Part shown: piece after piece, positions 17,379-27,055 of the stretch
How the letters are laid out: each line of letters opens with the position of its first letter
How positions within the stretch are numbered: the stretch's first letter is position 1
Assembly (NCBI GenBank): GCA_965248575.1
Contig: CBDFJQ010000002.1
Location: 384,001 to 448,000 of the forward strand
Length of the DNA: 64,000 nt
Source of the DNA: Planctomycetota bacterium
GTDB taxonomy: Bacteria; Planctomycetota; B15-G4
Direction of reading: 5' to 3'
Made by a program: the position numbers and the translations under genes
Notes under the pieces: generated by a model
The model's input: the letters and a program-made list of their open reading frames with translations, nothing else
Database searches by the model: none
Told to the model about the DNA's origin: nothing

Positions 17379-18817
17379 TACGGCTGCTCCTGCACGCGCA
17401 CCCGGGCGGCGTCCTTGAGGTTCTCATGCCCGACGACCACAACCTGCAGGTTGGTGGGCACCGGCATGCCGTCTGTGTCGGACAGGATCTCGATCTGGGT
17501 CGAGGTGGCGGCGCCGGCCACGAAGGTGATCTTGCGCACGCTGTCGCCGCTCTCGTCGAGGGCGAAGAACAACGGCTGATCGTCGTCGTAACGCACGGCG
17601 CGCTTGTCGATGAGCAGCGCCTCGTCACGGGAGGACGTGATGATCCGTGCCTCGCAGAAGAGCCCCGGGACGAGGCCCGCAGCTGGCGTGAGGTCCACCA
17701 GCACGTTCACCGAACCCGTCGCCACGTCCAGCACGGGGTTCACCCGGCGGACAACGCCTTCGTAGGATTGGGGTTTGCCGGTCACGGAATGGACCTCGAC
17801 CCGCTGGCCTTGCTCCAGCCTGTCCATGGCGTCTTGTGGGACGCGCAATTCCAGTGTGGGGCGGCTGATGTCCACGATGCGGAACGACATCTCCGACTGG
17901 CCGGAGAGTTCGCCTACTTCCACGTTGCGCTCTGCCACGACGCCGCTGATGGCTGCGATCACCTTGGTCTGCCGCAGGTCTTCCTGCGCCCGCTTCCAGT
18001 CGATCTGCGCCTGGCTCTTGGCGATCTGTGCCAACTCGCTCGCGATGGCGGCCGCAGCCCGGGCGAAGCGCGCCAGCGCGAGATCGTCCTCGGCTTGCTC
18101 GGACTCCAGTCGCGCGTCGGCGACCTCTTGCTGGCTCACGAGGCCCTCGCCGGCCACGCCCTGAAGGCGTCCGAGGTCGGCCAGTTGCTTCTGCTGCGCA
18201 CGCTGGGCACGCACGATGCGCGCATCTTCCTCCTCGAGCATCAGTGCCTGGCGTTCGAGTTCCTTGGTCTTCTCGTCGTAGACGGTTGAGGCGCGTTGTT
18301 CGGCGAGTTGGAGCTCCACGTCGTAGAGCGACATGAGCACATCGCCGGCGGCCACCATCTCACCCTCGTCGACATTGACGGCCGTGATGGGCAGGCCGCT
18401 CAGTTTTGGAAAGACCTGCACGATGACGTCGGCATCGACCCGTGAAGAGACCACCACCTCGTCACGAATGGGGCCCACGTCCAGGGCCTGGACCACGACG
18501 AGGGTTTCACGGATGGAGTCCCGACCGCCGCTGACGCCCGAGGCAGGGGGACGGCCGTCGTCCTGGGTGACGGCCTTCTCGTTCGTAGATTCCTTCGCTG
18601 AGTCCGTGCCTTCCGCAGCATCATCTGCTGGCTCGCTCTCCCCCGAGACCGAGGCAGCTGCCGTGTCACCTGCCGTGTCACCTGGCGTGTCACCTGGCGT
18701 GTCACCTGGCGCGTCACCTGACGCGGCCCCTCTGTTGCAGGCGCCGAGGAAGGCTGTCGCGACGGCGAGAAGAAGGGTCGGAAGGACGAAGGGGACTGCT
18801 TGCAGGCGGAGACGCAT
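17375..18817 (-). CDS. RND membrane fusion protein (lipoprotein)
   Basis: Lipobox LGAC, VDEGEMVAAGDVL lipoyl half, coiled coil, AAISGVV, LVPGLFCEARI. Confidence 0.88.
   Translation of the reverse strand: MRLRLQAVPFVLPTLLLAVATAFLGACNRGAASGDAPGDTPGDTPGDTAGDTAAASVSGESEPADDAAEGTDSAKESTNEKAVTQDDGRPPASGVSGGRDSIRETLVVVQALDVGPIRDEVVVSSRVDADVIVQVFPKLSGLPITAVNVDEGEMVAAGDVLMSLYDVELQLAEQRASTVYDEKTKELERQALMLEEEDARIVRAQRAQQKQLADLGRLQGVAGEGLVSQQEVADARLESEQAEDDLALARFARAAAAIASELAQIAKSQAQIDWKRAQEDLRQTKVIAAISGVVAERNVEVGELSGQSEMSFRIVDISRPTLELRVPQDAMDRLEQGQRVEVHSVTGKPQSYEGVVRRVNPVLDVATGSVNVLVDLTPAAGLVPGLFCEARIITSSRDEALLIDKRAVRYDDDQPLFFALDESGDSVRKITFVAGAATSTQIEILSDTDGMPVPTNLQVVVVGHENLKDAARVRVQEQPY
18662..18721. 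repeat. 12-bp tandem repeat x5 (CGTGTCACCTGG) encoding GDTP/GDTA
   Basis: Five adjacent near-identical units in the N-terminal linker of the membrane fusion protein. Confidence 0.9.
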
Positions 18818-18910
18818 GGAGTGCGACGAGCCCCTTGAGATGGTGTGGACGAAAAGCTGGCGCAGCATAGAGCAGCAGTGATTCGGCGCCGGAGCGCCGT
18901 ATGGTACGTC

Positions 18911-20275
18911 ATGGGAATGCCACGGCCGATGCCCCCAAAACCCGATCCAGACACCAACCCGAGTTCGGAGGAGAAGCCCGCGCACGAGGCTCCCCCGGTT
19001 TCCGGGCACGGCCAGAGCCGTGACCTGAGCGCTTGCGACACTCCCACCAAGCCGTGGATCGACATCCGGGCGGCACGCCAGCTGGTCCTGGACCACGCGC
19101 AGCCCCTGATGCGCACCGAGCAGCTCGCCGTCGTGGACGCCACGGGGCGTCTGCTGGCGGAGGACGTGCTGTCGGACTCGGACATGCCGCCCTTCGATCG
19201 CGTCATGATGGATGGCTACGCCGTACGCGCCGAGGACATCCAGACCGCTCCCGTGGAGCTGCCCGTGGTGGGGGAAGTGGCCGCTGGCGACTCCGGGAGC
19301 GAGCCGCTGGAGCCTGGCACGGTGCGAGCCATCATGACGGGGGCACCGCTGCCGCCGGGCGCCGACTCAGTGGTTCCCGTGGAGTGGACGCAGGCCGTGG
19401 GTGGGGGAGCGGGGAAGAATCCGGAGCGGGTGCGCATCGAGCGCAGCCTGATAGCCGGCAAGCATGTGGCTCAACGTGCCCAAGATCTCGGGGCTGGAGA
19501 CGCCGTTGCCCACGCGGGCACGCGCGTGGGGCCGCTGGGGCTCTCGTTGCTCGTTTCTTCCGGCGTGTCGGAAGTCGCAGTGCGTGCCAGGCCTCGCGTG
19601 GCCTTGCTCACGTCGGGTGACGAGCTCGTTCCGCCGGGCAGCCCCATCGCACGGGGACAGATTCGTGAGAGCAATGGTCCGGCGCTTGCCAGCATGTTCG
19701 CCCGTTGCGATGCGGAGGTGGTGCCCTTGGGGGTGGCTCGGGACACCCGCGAGGATCTCGCGGCGCTGGTTCAGCGTGCCCTGGACTGCGATGTGGTCGT
19801 GCTCACAGGCGGTTCGTCCGTGGGGCGCTACGACTTCTCGGCGGAGGTCGTGGAGTCCTTCGGTGCTCGCGGTCACTTCAACCGACTGTCGGTGAAGCCC
19901 GGCAAGCCCACGCTGTTCTACACCCTCGGCCGCACGCTTTTGTTCTGCCTACCAGGCAATCCTGTGGCCGCCATGATGACCGGACGCGTTCTCGTCTGCC
20001 CCGCGCTGCAGGCCCTGGCCGGACACGCCGTGCAGCCATGGACGCCGGTCTCCCGCCCCCTCGCCCGTTCCGTGCGTCGGAACGCGGCACGCGACCTGTT
20101 GATTCCCGTGCATGAGGAGGGCGGCGCTGTGGTCTTCGACGGCTGGCACGGGTCGGGGGATCTGGTGAGCATGCAACGTGCCGACGCCTTCGCCTACGTG
20201 CCGAGCGGGGAGGGCGAGGCCGCCGCCGGCAGTGACGTCGACGTCTTCCCCCTGACCCGGGATGTCTCGTGGTGA
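18911..20275 (+). CDS. moeA: Molybdopterin molybdotransferase MoeA
   Basis: PPFDRVMMDGYAV, IMTGAPLPPGADSVVPVE, TSGDEL, GGSSVG, KPGKP, LPGNP. Start codon uncertain. Confidence 0.93.
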   Translation: MGMPRPMPPKPDPDTNPSSEEKPAHEAPPVSGHGQSRDLSACDTPTKPWIDIRAARQLVLDHAQPLMRTEQLAVVDATGRLLAEDVLSDSDMPPFDRVMMDGYAVRAEDIQTAPVELPVVGEVAAGDSGSEPLEPGTVRAIMTGAPLPPGADSVVPVEWTQAVGGGAGKNPERVRIERSLIAGKHVAQRAQDLGAGDAVAHAGTRVGPLGLSLLVSSGVSEVAVRARPRVALLTSGDELVPPGSPIARGQIRESNGPALASMFARCDAEVVPLGVARDTREDLAALVQRALDCDVVVLTGGSSVGRYDFSAEVVESFGARGHFNRLSVKPGKPTLFYTLGRTLLFCLPGNPVAAMMTGRVLVCPALQALAGHAVQPWTPVSRPLARSVRRNAARDLLIPVHEEGGAVVFDGWHGSGDLVSMQRADAFAYVPSGEGEAAAGSDVDVFPLTRDVSW

Positions 20276-21972
20276 ACGCTCAGGACGCCGACAGGCGCTC
20301 CCTGGCTTGGGGCTTGGCGGGTGTCGCCCTGCTGGCCCTGTCCTTTCCCCCGGTCGGGCTCTGGGTCTGCGCCCTCCTGGCTCCCTGGCCCTTGGGGGTG
20401 TGCGCCGCTGGGTCCAGCTCAGGGCGTGCGGCTTTTGGGCGCTTTTGCTTTCTCGGTGCGTGTCTCCTGCTCAGCACGTCCTGGTGGCTGGCAGAAACCC
20501 ACGTGTTCAATCTGGCCGTCGTGACCCTGGTGGAAGCCCCGATCGTGGGGCTCTTCGGCTGGCTGGGCTGGCATGTGTTCCGGCGCGGTTCCCTGTTCCC
20601 CGCCCTGCCGGCCCTGTGGACGGCGCACGAGATGTTTCGCCTCAGCTGGCCAGAGACGGGCTATGGCTGGGGCTTCGTGGGGCATGCCTTGGCGGCCAGC
20701 CCGGTCTTGGTGCAGGTGGCGGACCTGGGTGGCGTTTTGCTCGTCTCCTTCGTGGGCGCGAGTGCGGCGACCGCCGTCTGGGCCCATCTGGCGGGTCGCC
20801 CTGGCCGTGGGCCGGCTCTGGTCGTGGTGCTGCTCGCCATCCTCTATGGGTTCATCCGGCCGGCGAGCCTGCCCGAGGAACAGCCGGGTCCGCTGTTGGC
20901 CAGCATCCAGCCCAACTTCGCGCAGGAGCTCAAGGACGATGGCGCCGCTGCGCCCCTGCGCTGGCAACGCTGCTTTGCACTGGTTGCGGAACTGGGCCGC
21001 ACGACCCCGGATGCGGACTTGGTGATCTTTCCGGAGACCATGTGGCCATGGGGCGTGCTCCTGGATGGGCGACCATTGCTCGCCCGGCACCGAGGTGAGG
21101 GCGCTGACCGGTCTGCCGAAGCTGGCTATGGTTCGGCTGAGGAACTCGAGGCGCAGCTCGCTCGCGATCAGGAGGGCCTCGTCGCTGGGCCCTTGGGCAT
21201 GATGATGGGGCAGTTCCCCAACGGGCGACCGCATTGGCTCCTGGGAGCCCCGGCTTACGGGCTGCTCGCACCCTTGTCCAACGGGGAACAGGAGCCGGAC
21301 CCTAGCCTGGAACCGCTCATGCTCAACTCGGCCATGCTCTACGGGCCCGAGGGGCAGCCGCTGGGGCGCTACGACAAGCACATCCTGATCCCGGGGGGCG
21401 AGTACATCCCCTTCCGTGGTGTGTTCCCGGAGGTGGTGAGGTCCTGGTTGGACCGAATGGTCAGGGATCTCGCGGGCTTCGTTCCGGATGTCGTGCCTGG
21501 GCCGGGACCGCAGCTGCTAGAGATTCCCGATCCGGAGGGCGACTCCTCGCTGCCCATCGGTGTCACCATTTGCTTCGAGAACGCCTATGGGGGCTACAAC
21601 CGGGAGCTGGTGGCCCTTGGGGCCCGCTTCCTGGTGAATCTGTCCAACGAGGGTTGGTTTGGAACGTCGGCTGAGTTCGACCACATGGAGCTCCACTCGG
21701 TGCTGCGGGCCGTGGAAACCCGTCGCGCCCTGTTCCGCTCCACGAACACCGGCATTTCCTGTCTGGTCAGGCCCGATGGTCGGCGCCCGAGCGGAGCAGA
21801 CCGGCTGGCTGTGGGGGGCGAGGACCGTGGCATTGCAGGCACTTTCGCGGCCCGGGTTCCCATCCAGACTGCCGGCACCCTCTATGTCGTGTGGGGAGAT
21901 GCCGTGGGTTGGGCCTGCCTGGTGGGCTCCCTCGCGCTTTTCTTGCGTCGGAGAGCCCCTCGCGTTGCTTGA
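20272..21972 (+). CDS. lnt: Apolipoprotein N-acyltransferase
   Basis: N-terminal TM helices, IQPN, FPET, YDKHILIPGGEY, ICFE (E-K-C triad), RAVETRR, NTGIS. Confidence 0.92.
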   Translation: MNAQDADRRSLAWGLAGVALLALSFPPVGLWVCALLAPWPLGVCAAGSSSGRAAFGRFCFLGACLLLSTSWWLAETHVFNLAVVTLVEAPIVGLFGWLGWHVFRRGSLFPALPALWTAHEMFRLSWPETGYGWGFVGHALAASPVLVQVADLGGVLLVSFVGASAATAVWAHLAGRPGRGPALVVVLLAILYGFIRPASLPEEQPGPLLASIQPNFAQELKDDGAAAPLRWQRCFALVAELGRTTPDADLVIFPETMWPWGVLLDGRPLLARHRGEGADRSAEAGYGSAEELEAQLARDQEGLVAGPLGMMMGQFPNGRPHWLLGAPAYGLLAPLSNGEQEPDPSLEPLMLNSAMLYGPEGQPLGRYDKHILIPGGEYIPFRGVFPEVVRSWLDRMVRDLAGFVPDVVPGPGPQLLEIPDPEGDSSLPIGVTICFENAYGGYNRELVALGARFLVNLSNEGWFGTSAEFDHMELHSVLRAVETRRALFRSTNTGISCLVRPDGRRPSGADRLAVGGEDRGIAGTFAARVPIQTAGTLYVVWGDAVGWACLVGSLALFLRRRAPRVA

Positions 21973-22090
21973 CACTCGCATGGGGCCCACTTACGCTCCG
22001 CACACTGTTTCCCGTGAGGGCCACGGGCGGTCTGTAACCCCGAATTGCCCACCCTCCGTACCCAACGTTTCCCGGGATCCCTGAGGTCGC

Positions 22091-22933
22091 ATGAGCAGCA
22101 TTGGCAAGATTTTCGTCGTCGTGAACCTCGTCCTTTCCCTCCTGCTCCTCGGCTCGCTGGGCGCTCTGTTGAACGCCTCTCGCGAAACGAAGGACGACGT
22201 CACGGCCTTGGAGCAGCAGATCTCCACCATGGAGGATGCGAGCAACCAGGCTGAGAGCGACTTCAATACGCGCGTCCGCACTCTCGACAACGAGAAGAGC
22301 CAGCTCGCTGGCAAGGCCTCGGATCTCGAAGTGGAGCGGGACAACGCCCAGCGGAACGCCGAGAGCGAGTCCGAAGACAACCAGCAGCTGCGGGACGATG
22401 TCTCCAAGCTGACGGTCAGCCTTGAGCTGCTGCAGTCCGACTTGTCGGCCGCTCAGCAGCGGAATGGGGACCTCCAGGACACCAACGATTCCCTGCGCAC
22501 GGCCGCTCAGGACGCCCAGAACGATGCGCGTGAGGCCGAGTTGGCCCGTCGCGACCTGGCCGACCAGATTTCTGGCTTCCAGTCGCAGATCGCTGGCCTG
22601 AACTCGGATCTGACCGACACGATGGACCGTGCCCGCCAGTCGGAGATGCTGGTGGATGCCGCCAAATCGGCCGGCTTTGATGCGACGAGCATCATGGCCA
22701 TGCCTGCCATCGATGCCCTGATCGCTCAGGTGGACCTCGAGTACGGCTTCGTGATCCTGGACAAGGGCAGCGCGGACAACGTTGAGCGAGGCTTCAGCTT
22801 CGACGTCTTCCGGGGGGCCGACTACCTGGGTCAAGTGCGCGTGGACACCGTGAACGACAACTTCTCCACGGCACGCATCACCCTCAGCAACGGCACCATT
22901 CGGGCCCACGATCGCGCGACCACGCGCCTCTAG
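22091..22933 (+). CDS. Membrane-anchored long coiled-coil protein with C-terminal beta domain
   Basis: MSSIGKIFVVVNLVLSL anchor, about 170-aa heptad region, C-terminal VILDKGSADNVERGFSFDVFR (FlgT-C/MreC-like motif). Confidence 0.75.
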   Translation: MSSIGKIFVVVNLVLSLLLLGSLGALLNASRETKDDVTALEQQISTMEDASNQAESDFNTRVRTLDNEKSQLAGKASDLEVERDNAQRNAESESEDNQQLRDDVSKLTVSLELLQSDLSAAQQRNGDLQDTNDSLRTAAQDAQNDAREAELARRDLADQISGFQSQIAGLNSDLTDTMDRARQSEMLVDAAKSAGFDATSIMAMPAIDALIAQVDLEYGFVILDKGSADNVERGFSFDVFRGADYLGQVRVDTVNDNFSTARITLSNGTIRAHDRATTRL

Positions 22934-22976
22934 GTCCTAACCGGGTCACACCCTACGAAGAGAGTGGAGAGCATTC

Positions 22977-23207
22977 GTGGCTAAAGCACGGAAGAACCCG
23001 ACGCGCGGTGGTGGTAGCCGGAAGTCCCGCTCCAAGGACGGTGGCTTCGAGGTTGAAGAGCAGGACGGCCTGGACGACGAGGCAGCCGGCAACGGCGCTG
23101 GTCTGGAATCAGCCCTCGTGTTCGTGACCTTCCTGGCGTTGGTGATTGGGCTGGTCGTCTCCCAGATGGACCTGTCCTCCAGCTTCGGCAAGGGCCTGCT
23201 CGGCTAA
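22977..23207 (+). CDS. Small single-pass membrane protein
   Basis: GGAG RBS, basic then acidic N-terminus, one TM helix, good codon bias. Confidence 0.6.
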   Translation: MAKARKNPTRGGGSRKSRSKDGGFEVEEQDGLDDEAAGNGAGLESALVFVTFLALVIGLVVSQMDLSSSFGKGLLG

Positions 23208-23234
23208 AGCAGCGCTGGACCGCAGTCTGATCCC

Positions 23235-23323
23235 GTTCATGACCGACCCGGGTCCGTTCATGGCCCGGGTCTGTTCATGCCTGGGCTTCGTTCATGCCAG
23301 GGCTTCGTTCATGCCAGGGCTCC
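23235..23323. repeat. Degenerate 17-bp tandem repeat (GTTCATGCCAGGGCTTC) overlapping a hairpin
   Basis: GTTCATG at 23235, 23256, 23273, 23290, 23307. GACCCGGG...CCCGGGTC inverted repeat at 23245-23271. Confidence 0.8.
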
Positions 23324-24215
23324 GGCCCGTCGCGCAGGGGTGGTGAGCTGCGCTCGTCCGGTAACTGCGAGCGGGCCTGGATGCCGATTCTGCCTGCGCG
23401 TCATTGCGCGTTCCCGGCGAGGGCGTTCAGCGGGACGTGATCTGAGAGCTCTCGATCTGCGGCCGCAGGGTTTGGTGCCTATGAGGTCGAGCCATGGGTG
23501 TTCGAACCCTGGGGGTCCAGGCCCTGGGGATCGTCACTCTGGCTGCCTGGGTGGACCCGGCCAGCTGAGTCCTCGGGCCAATCCTTCGCTCAGCGGCTCC
23601 GCGCTCTGTCGGCTGGCGTCCGTGGGGCCGGATGCCCAGTCCCAGGCCGCGCTGCGCGGCTCACGTGCGCAGCGTTGTGGCGCGAAGCGACTGTTGCGCG
23701 CGCATCGAGTGAGTTTTTTTGGCGAGCTGGGCGCTCTGCAACTGGCGAGCTGCTCCATTCAACGGGGCCCGTCGTTTGTCGGCTCGACCTGCGCTGCAAG
23801 GCTGGGCGCAAGGCGCGCTGCAACGATGCACGTCGTGACACTCGCAGCGTCGCGCGACGAACGACAAGTGATTTGGTTTCGCGCTTTGTACAGCGCATTT
23901 GGCTTGCTCAAATAGTCATGTTCCTTCTGTGTTTGCGGGAGTGTGCGCGTGAGTGGTCGAAGCTCTCAAAACTTCGCGCCGTACGCATCTCTCGATCGCA
24001 AGCGCAAGTGCAAGGACTCCAGGCGGTGCACGCGGCTCAGTTCGGAAACGAGTTCGGCCGAGTGCTGGGGTCCATGCGCCGAGGGAGGGACTGATGAGAC
24101 GTCAAGAGGTGGTGTTCGTCTCCCTGCGGCTGGTCGTTGGTCGCTGGTGAGCGTTGACCATTGACTGCTAACCAATGACTCGCGTTTTTGCGCACAACTC
24201 CGAGGGGAGTCCTTC

Positions 24216-25271
24216 ATGAAGGCTTTCGAGTGGATGATCGGCAAGTTTTCCACCGACATGGGTATCGACCTGGGCACGGCCAACACCCTGGTTTGCATTC
24301 CCAATGAAGGCATCGTCCTGAACGAGCCGTCGGTGGTGGCGGTGCGCAAGGGAACCAACGAGGTGCTCCTGGGCGGCGACGCTGTGGGTCTGCAGGCCAA
24401 GGAGATGCTCGGCAAGACGCCCGGCAACATCCAGGCCATCCGCCCCTTGAAGAATGGCGTGATCGCCGACTTCGAGGTGACGGAGAAGATGCTGCGCTAC
24501 TTCATCCGCAAGGTGCACAACCGCAACGTGATGGTGCGGCCGCGAATCGTCATCGCCATCCCGTCCGGGATCACGGCGGTGGAGCGCCGGGCGGTGATCA
24601 ACTCGGCCGAGCGCGCGGGTGCCCGCAAGGTCTACCTGGTCTCGGAGCCTATGGCGGCCGGCATCGGCGCGGGCATGCCCGTGGCCGACCCCATGGCCAG
24701 CATGGTGGTGGACATCGGTGGTGGTACGACCGAGGTCGCCGTCATGTCGCTCTTCGGCACGGTGCACAGCGAGTCCATCCGTGTAGCGGGTGACGAGATG
24801 GACGAAGCCATCGTCAGCTACATGCGCCGCAACTACAATTTGCTGGTGGGTGATCAGACGGCGGAGCGCATCAAGATCAACATCGGTTCCGCCGCGCCGC
24901 TCGAAAAGGAACTCGAGATGGAAGTGGCTGGCCGGGATCTCATGATCGGTCTGCCGCGTCGGGCAGTCATCACGAGCACGGAAATCCGCGAGGCGTTGCT
25001 CGAGCCGGTCATGGCCATCATCCAGACCATTCGCAACGCTCTCGAGGGGACGCCGCCTGAGCTGGCTGCCGACCTCGTGCAACAGGGCATCATCCTGTGT
25101 GGTGGGGGCGCCCTGTTGCGGGACCTCGGCACCATCGTCGAGCAGGAAGTGCAACTGCCCGTGCGCGTGGCGTCGGATCCGCTGACCTGTGTCGCCCGCG
25201 GCACCGGCGAATTCCTGAACCAACTGGACCTCTACAGTCGCGTGCTGGACACCGGAGAGGACGCTGCCTGA
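24216..25271 (+). CDS. mreB: Rod shape-determining protein MreB
   Basis: GIDLGTANT, EPSVVA, IRPLKNGVIADF, VDIGGGTTEVAV, AERIKI, LCGGGALL. Confidence 0.98.
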   Translation: MKAFEWMIGKFSTDMGIDLGTANTLVCIPNEGIVLNEPSVVAVRKGTNEVLLGGDAVGLQAKEMLGKTPGNIQAIRPLKNGVIADFEVTEKMLRYFIRKVHNRNVMVRPRIVIAIPSGITAVERRAVINSAERAGARKVYLVSEPMAAGIGAGMPVADPMASMVVDIGGGTTEVAVMSLFGTVHSESIRVAGDEMDEAIVSYMRRNYNLLVGDQTAERIKINIGSAAPLEKELEMEVAGRDLMIGLPRRAVITSTEIREALLEPVMAIIQTIRNALEGTPPELAADLVQQGIILCGGGALLRDLGTIVEQEVQLPVRVASDPLTCVARGTGEFLNQLDLYSRVLDTGEDAA

Positions 25272-25376
25272 CAGGAGCCGCTCAGCGAGAGCACCCACTG
25301 AACAGCGCACGAGCATCAGGGAGCTTGAGCGCGAACACTCCGGCGCAGGGGGCCGGTCCTGGTCCTACGCCATGAC

Positions 25377-26600
25377 ATGAACATCCGCCCCGCTCTCATC
25401 GTCGCCGTGCTCTGTGGTGCCTCCCTGATGGAGTGGCAACCCGTTCGGAGCGCTGAGCAAGCACTGGTGCCGGTCTTTCGGCCGCTGGATGGCTTGGTCC
25501 GGGCTTGCTTGCCGTCCCCTCCCGAATTGGACAGGAGACAGCGTCAGTTGGAGGTCGGTGGGGCTCGGGCGGCGTGGAAGGCCTGGTCGGTGTCGCTCTC
25601 TGAGGGGGCGCGCGCGGGCGATCCGAGGCGTGAACTCGCTCTCGCTCCCGTGATCGAAGCGCGTCCCGGCGCACAAGAACTCGTGATCCGGGTGCCCCCG
25701 AACTCGGTCGAGGTCGACACGCCCGTCACGCATCACGGCGTGCTGCTGGGTTTCCTGCGCCCGTGGAAGCGTCGCGGCGAGAAAGTCGAATCGGAAGGGC
25801 TGGCGCGGGTCGCGTTGTTGGGACACCCCTCGGCGCGACCGGTGGCGGCGATGTGGAAGCTGACGGAAGCGGCACCGGCCGTTCACTTCCTGCTCACCAG
25901 CGGGGAGAAGGGGCCCACTGTTGCCCACGCCAGCCATGCCAGCCACCCGCTGCCAGGGCAGCTGGCGTGGACGCGGGATGTCTCCTCGCTCGGCGACCCA
26001 CTTCCCGGCGGCCTCCTGGTGGGGCGTGTTTCGCCCGGGACCGCGGGTGATGTCCCAGGCGGAGGCCAGGCGAAGCGCCTCGGGCGCACGGCCCAAGCAG
26101 GAAGTGCGCGTGATGAGCGGCTCGAGCCCATCTTCGACATCTCGACCCTCGGATACGTCGTGATCGAGATCAAAGTCGGGGCAGAGCAGCCCTGCCGGCG
26201 CGTGGAGTCGCGGGCCTTGGCCAGCGCAAGCCGCCGGGGCCGCTTGCGCTTGGACAAAGGTCGGCTCAGCGGTCTTGAGGTGGGTGACGTCGTGGTTCAA
26301 GACGGAGTCCTGGTGGGTCGAGTGGTCAGCGTGGGGCCAGCGTCGGCGGAGGTCTGGCGGGACTTGCCCCCGGGGCGTGTGCTCGTCGTGGCGCCGGACG
26401 GCGAGATGGTCTCTACGACCTGCCACGCCCGGGACTGGCCCAGGGGATGGATGCCCGAACCCGGGTGGCGCGTGGTCGTGGGCCATCGAAGCGAGGGCGG
26501 CATCCTGGCGGGCACCGTGGCGGACGTGAGCCCAGAGGGCTTCGCCCTGGAACTGCCCTTCGTCCAGCCCGACGACACGGTGCAGGTACTCGAACGATGA
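25377..26600 (+). CDS. mreC: Divergent MreC with apparently duplicated beta-barrel region
   Basis: Lies directly after mreB; LDKGRLSGLEVGDVVVQDGVLVGRV and PGGLLVGRV MreC-type motifs. Confidence 0.65.
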   Translation: MNIRPALIVAVLCGASLMEWQPVRSAEQALVPVFRPLDGLVRACLPSPPELDRRQRQLEVGGARAAWKAWSVSLSEGARAGDPRRELALAPVIEARPGAQELVIRVPPNSVEVDTPVTHHGVLLGFLRPWKRRGEKVESEGLARVALLGHPSARPVAAMWKLTEAAPAVHFLLTSGEKGPTVAHASHASHPLPGQLAWTRDVSSLGDPLPGGLLVGRVSPGTAGDVPGGGQAKRLGRTAQAGSARDERLEPIFDISTLGYVVIEIKVGAEQPCRRVESRALASASRRGRLRLDKGRLSGLEVGDVVVQDGVLVGRVVSVGPASAEVWRDLPPGRVLVVAPDGEMVSTTCHARDWPRGWMPEPGWRVVVGHRSEGGILAGTVADVSPEGFALELPFVQPDDTVQVLER

Positions 26601-27055
26601 TCCTCTCCTTCGCCTTGCTGATCGTCGTCTTGGGCCAGATGTTCGTGGTGTCTCGGGGTTGGCTCGGGGCCTACGGTCCGGATCCACTCATCCCCATCGC
26701 CGGCTATGTGGCTCTCTATTGGCCCAGGCGCACGGCCTTGTTGCCCATCGTGCTCCTGGGTTGGGTGCGCGCCCTGATCCTGGTGGAGCCGGGCGGGGGG
26801 CAGGTGCTCGCCGCCCTGGTGTCCTTCGCCATCGTCGGTGGCTTGCGGCAGCACCTGCTCGAGTTCCGGGAGATGGGGTATGTGCTCGGCACACTGATTC
26901 TCGCCGGCTGCTGGTCCATGGCCACGGTGCTCACGACCCGGGCGTTTGGTGTCCCGATTGCGGGAGGTCGCGAGTTGGTGCTGGGGGCCGTGCTTTCCGT
27001 GTTGTTGGCGGGCGTCGCCTTCAACACGGCACAGCGCTACGGGGAGACTTCGTGA
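26597..27055 (+). CDS. mreD: MreD-like integral membrane protein
   Basis: 152 aa, hydrophobic, GPDPLI motif near the N-terminus, ATGA/GTGA coupling between mreC and mrdA. Confidence 0.65.
   Translation: MILSFALLIVVLGQMFVVSRGWLGAYGPDPLIPIAGYVALYWPRRTALLPIVLLGWVRALILVEPGGGQVLAALVSFAIVGGLRQHLLEFREMGYVLGTLILAGCWSMATVLTTRAFGVPIAGGRELVLGAVLSVLLAGVAFNTAQRYGETS

Noticed and set aside
13404..17579. Long plus-strand ORFs (846 aa, 526 aa) and similar long antisense ORFs elsewhere (5994..7412, 36303..37766, 50540..52564)
   Set aside because: Shadow ORFs opposite well-supported genes, expected from high GC3 codon usage.
22033..22060. TGTAAC...CGTA ECF-like promoter
   Set aside because: The 18-nt spacer is longer than typical and the motif occurs only once.
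23235..23323. Possible CRISPR array
   Set aside because: Units are 17 bp and contiguous with no unique spacers, and no cas genes are present. It is a tandem repeat.
23277..24094. ORFs in the gap upstream of mreB
   Set aside because: Arg/Ser/Cys-rich translations with no RBS, no motifs and atypical codon usage.
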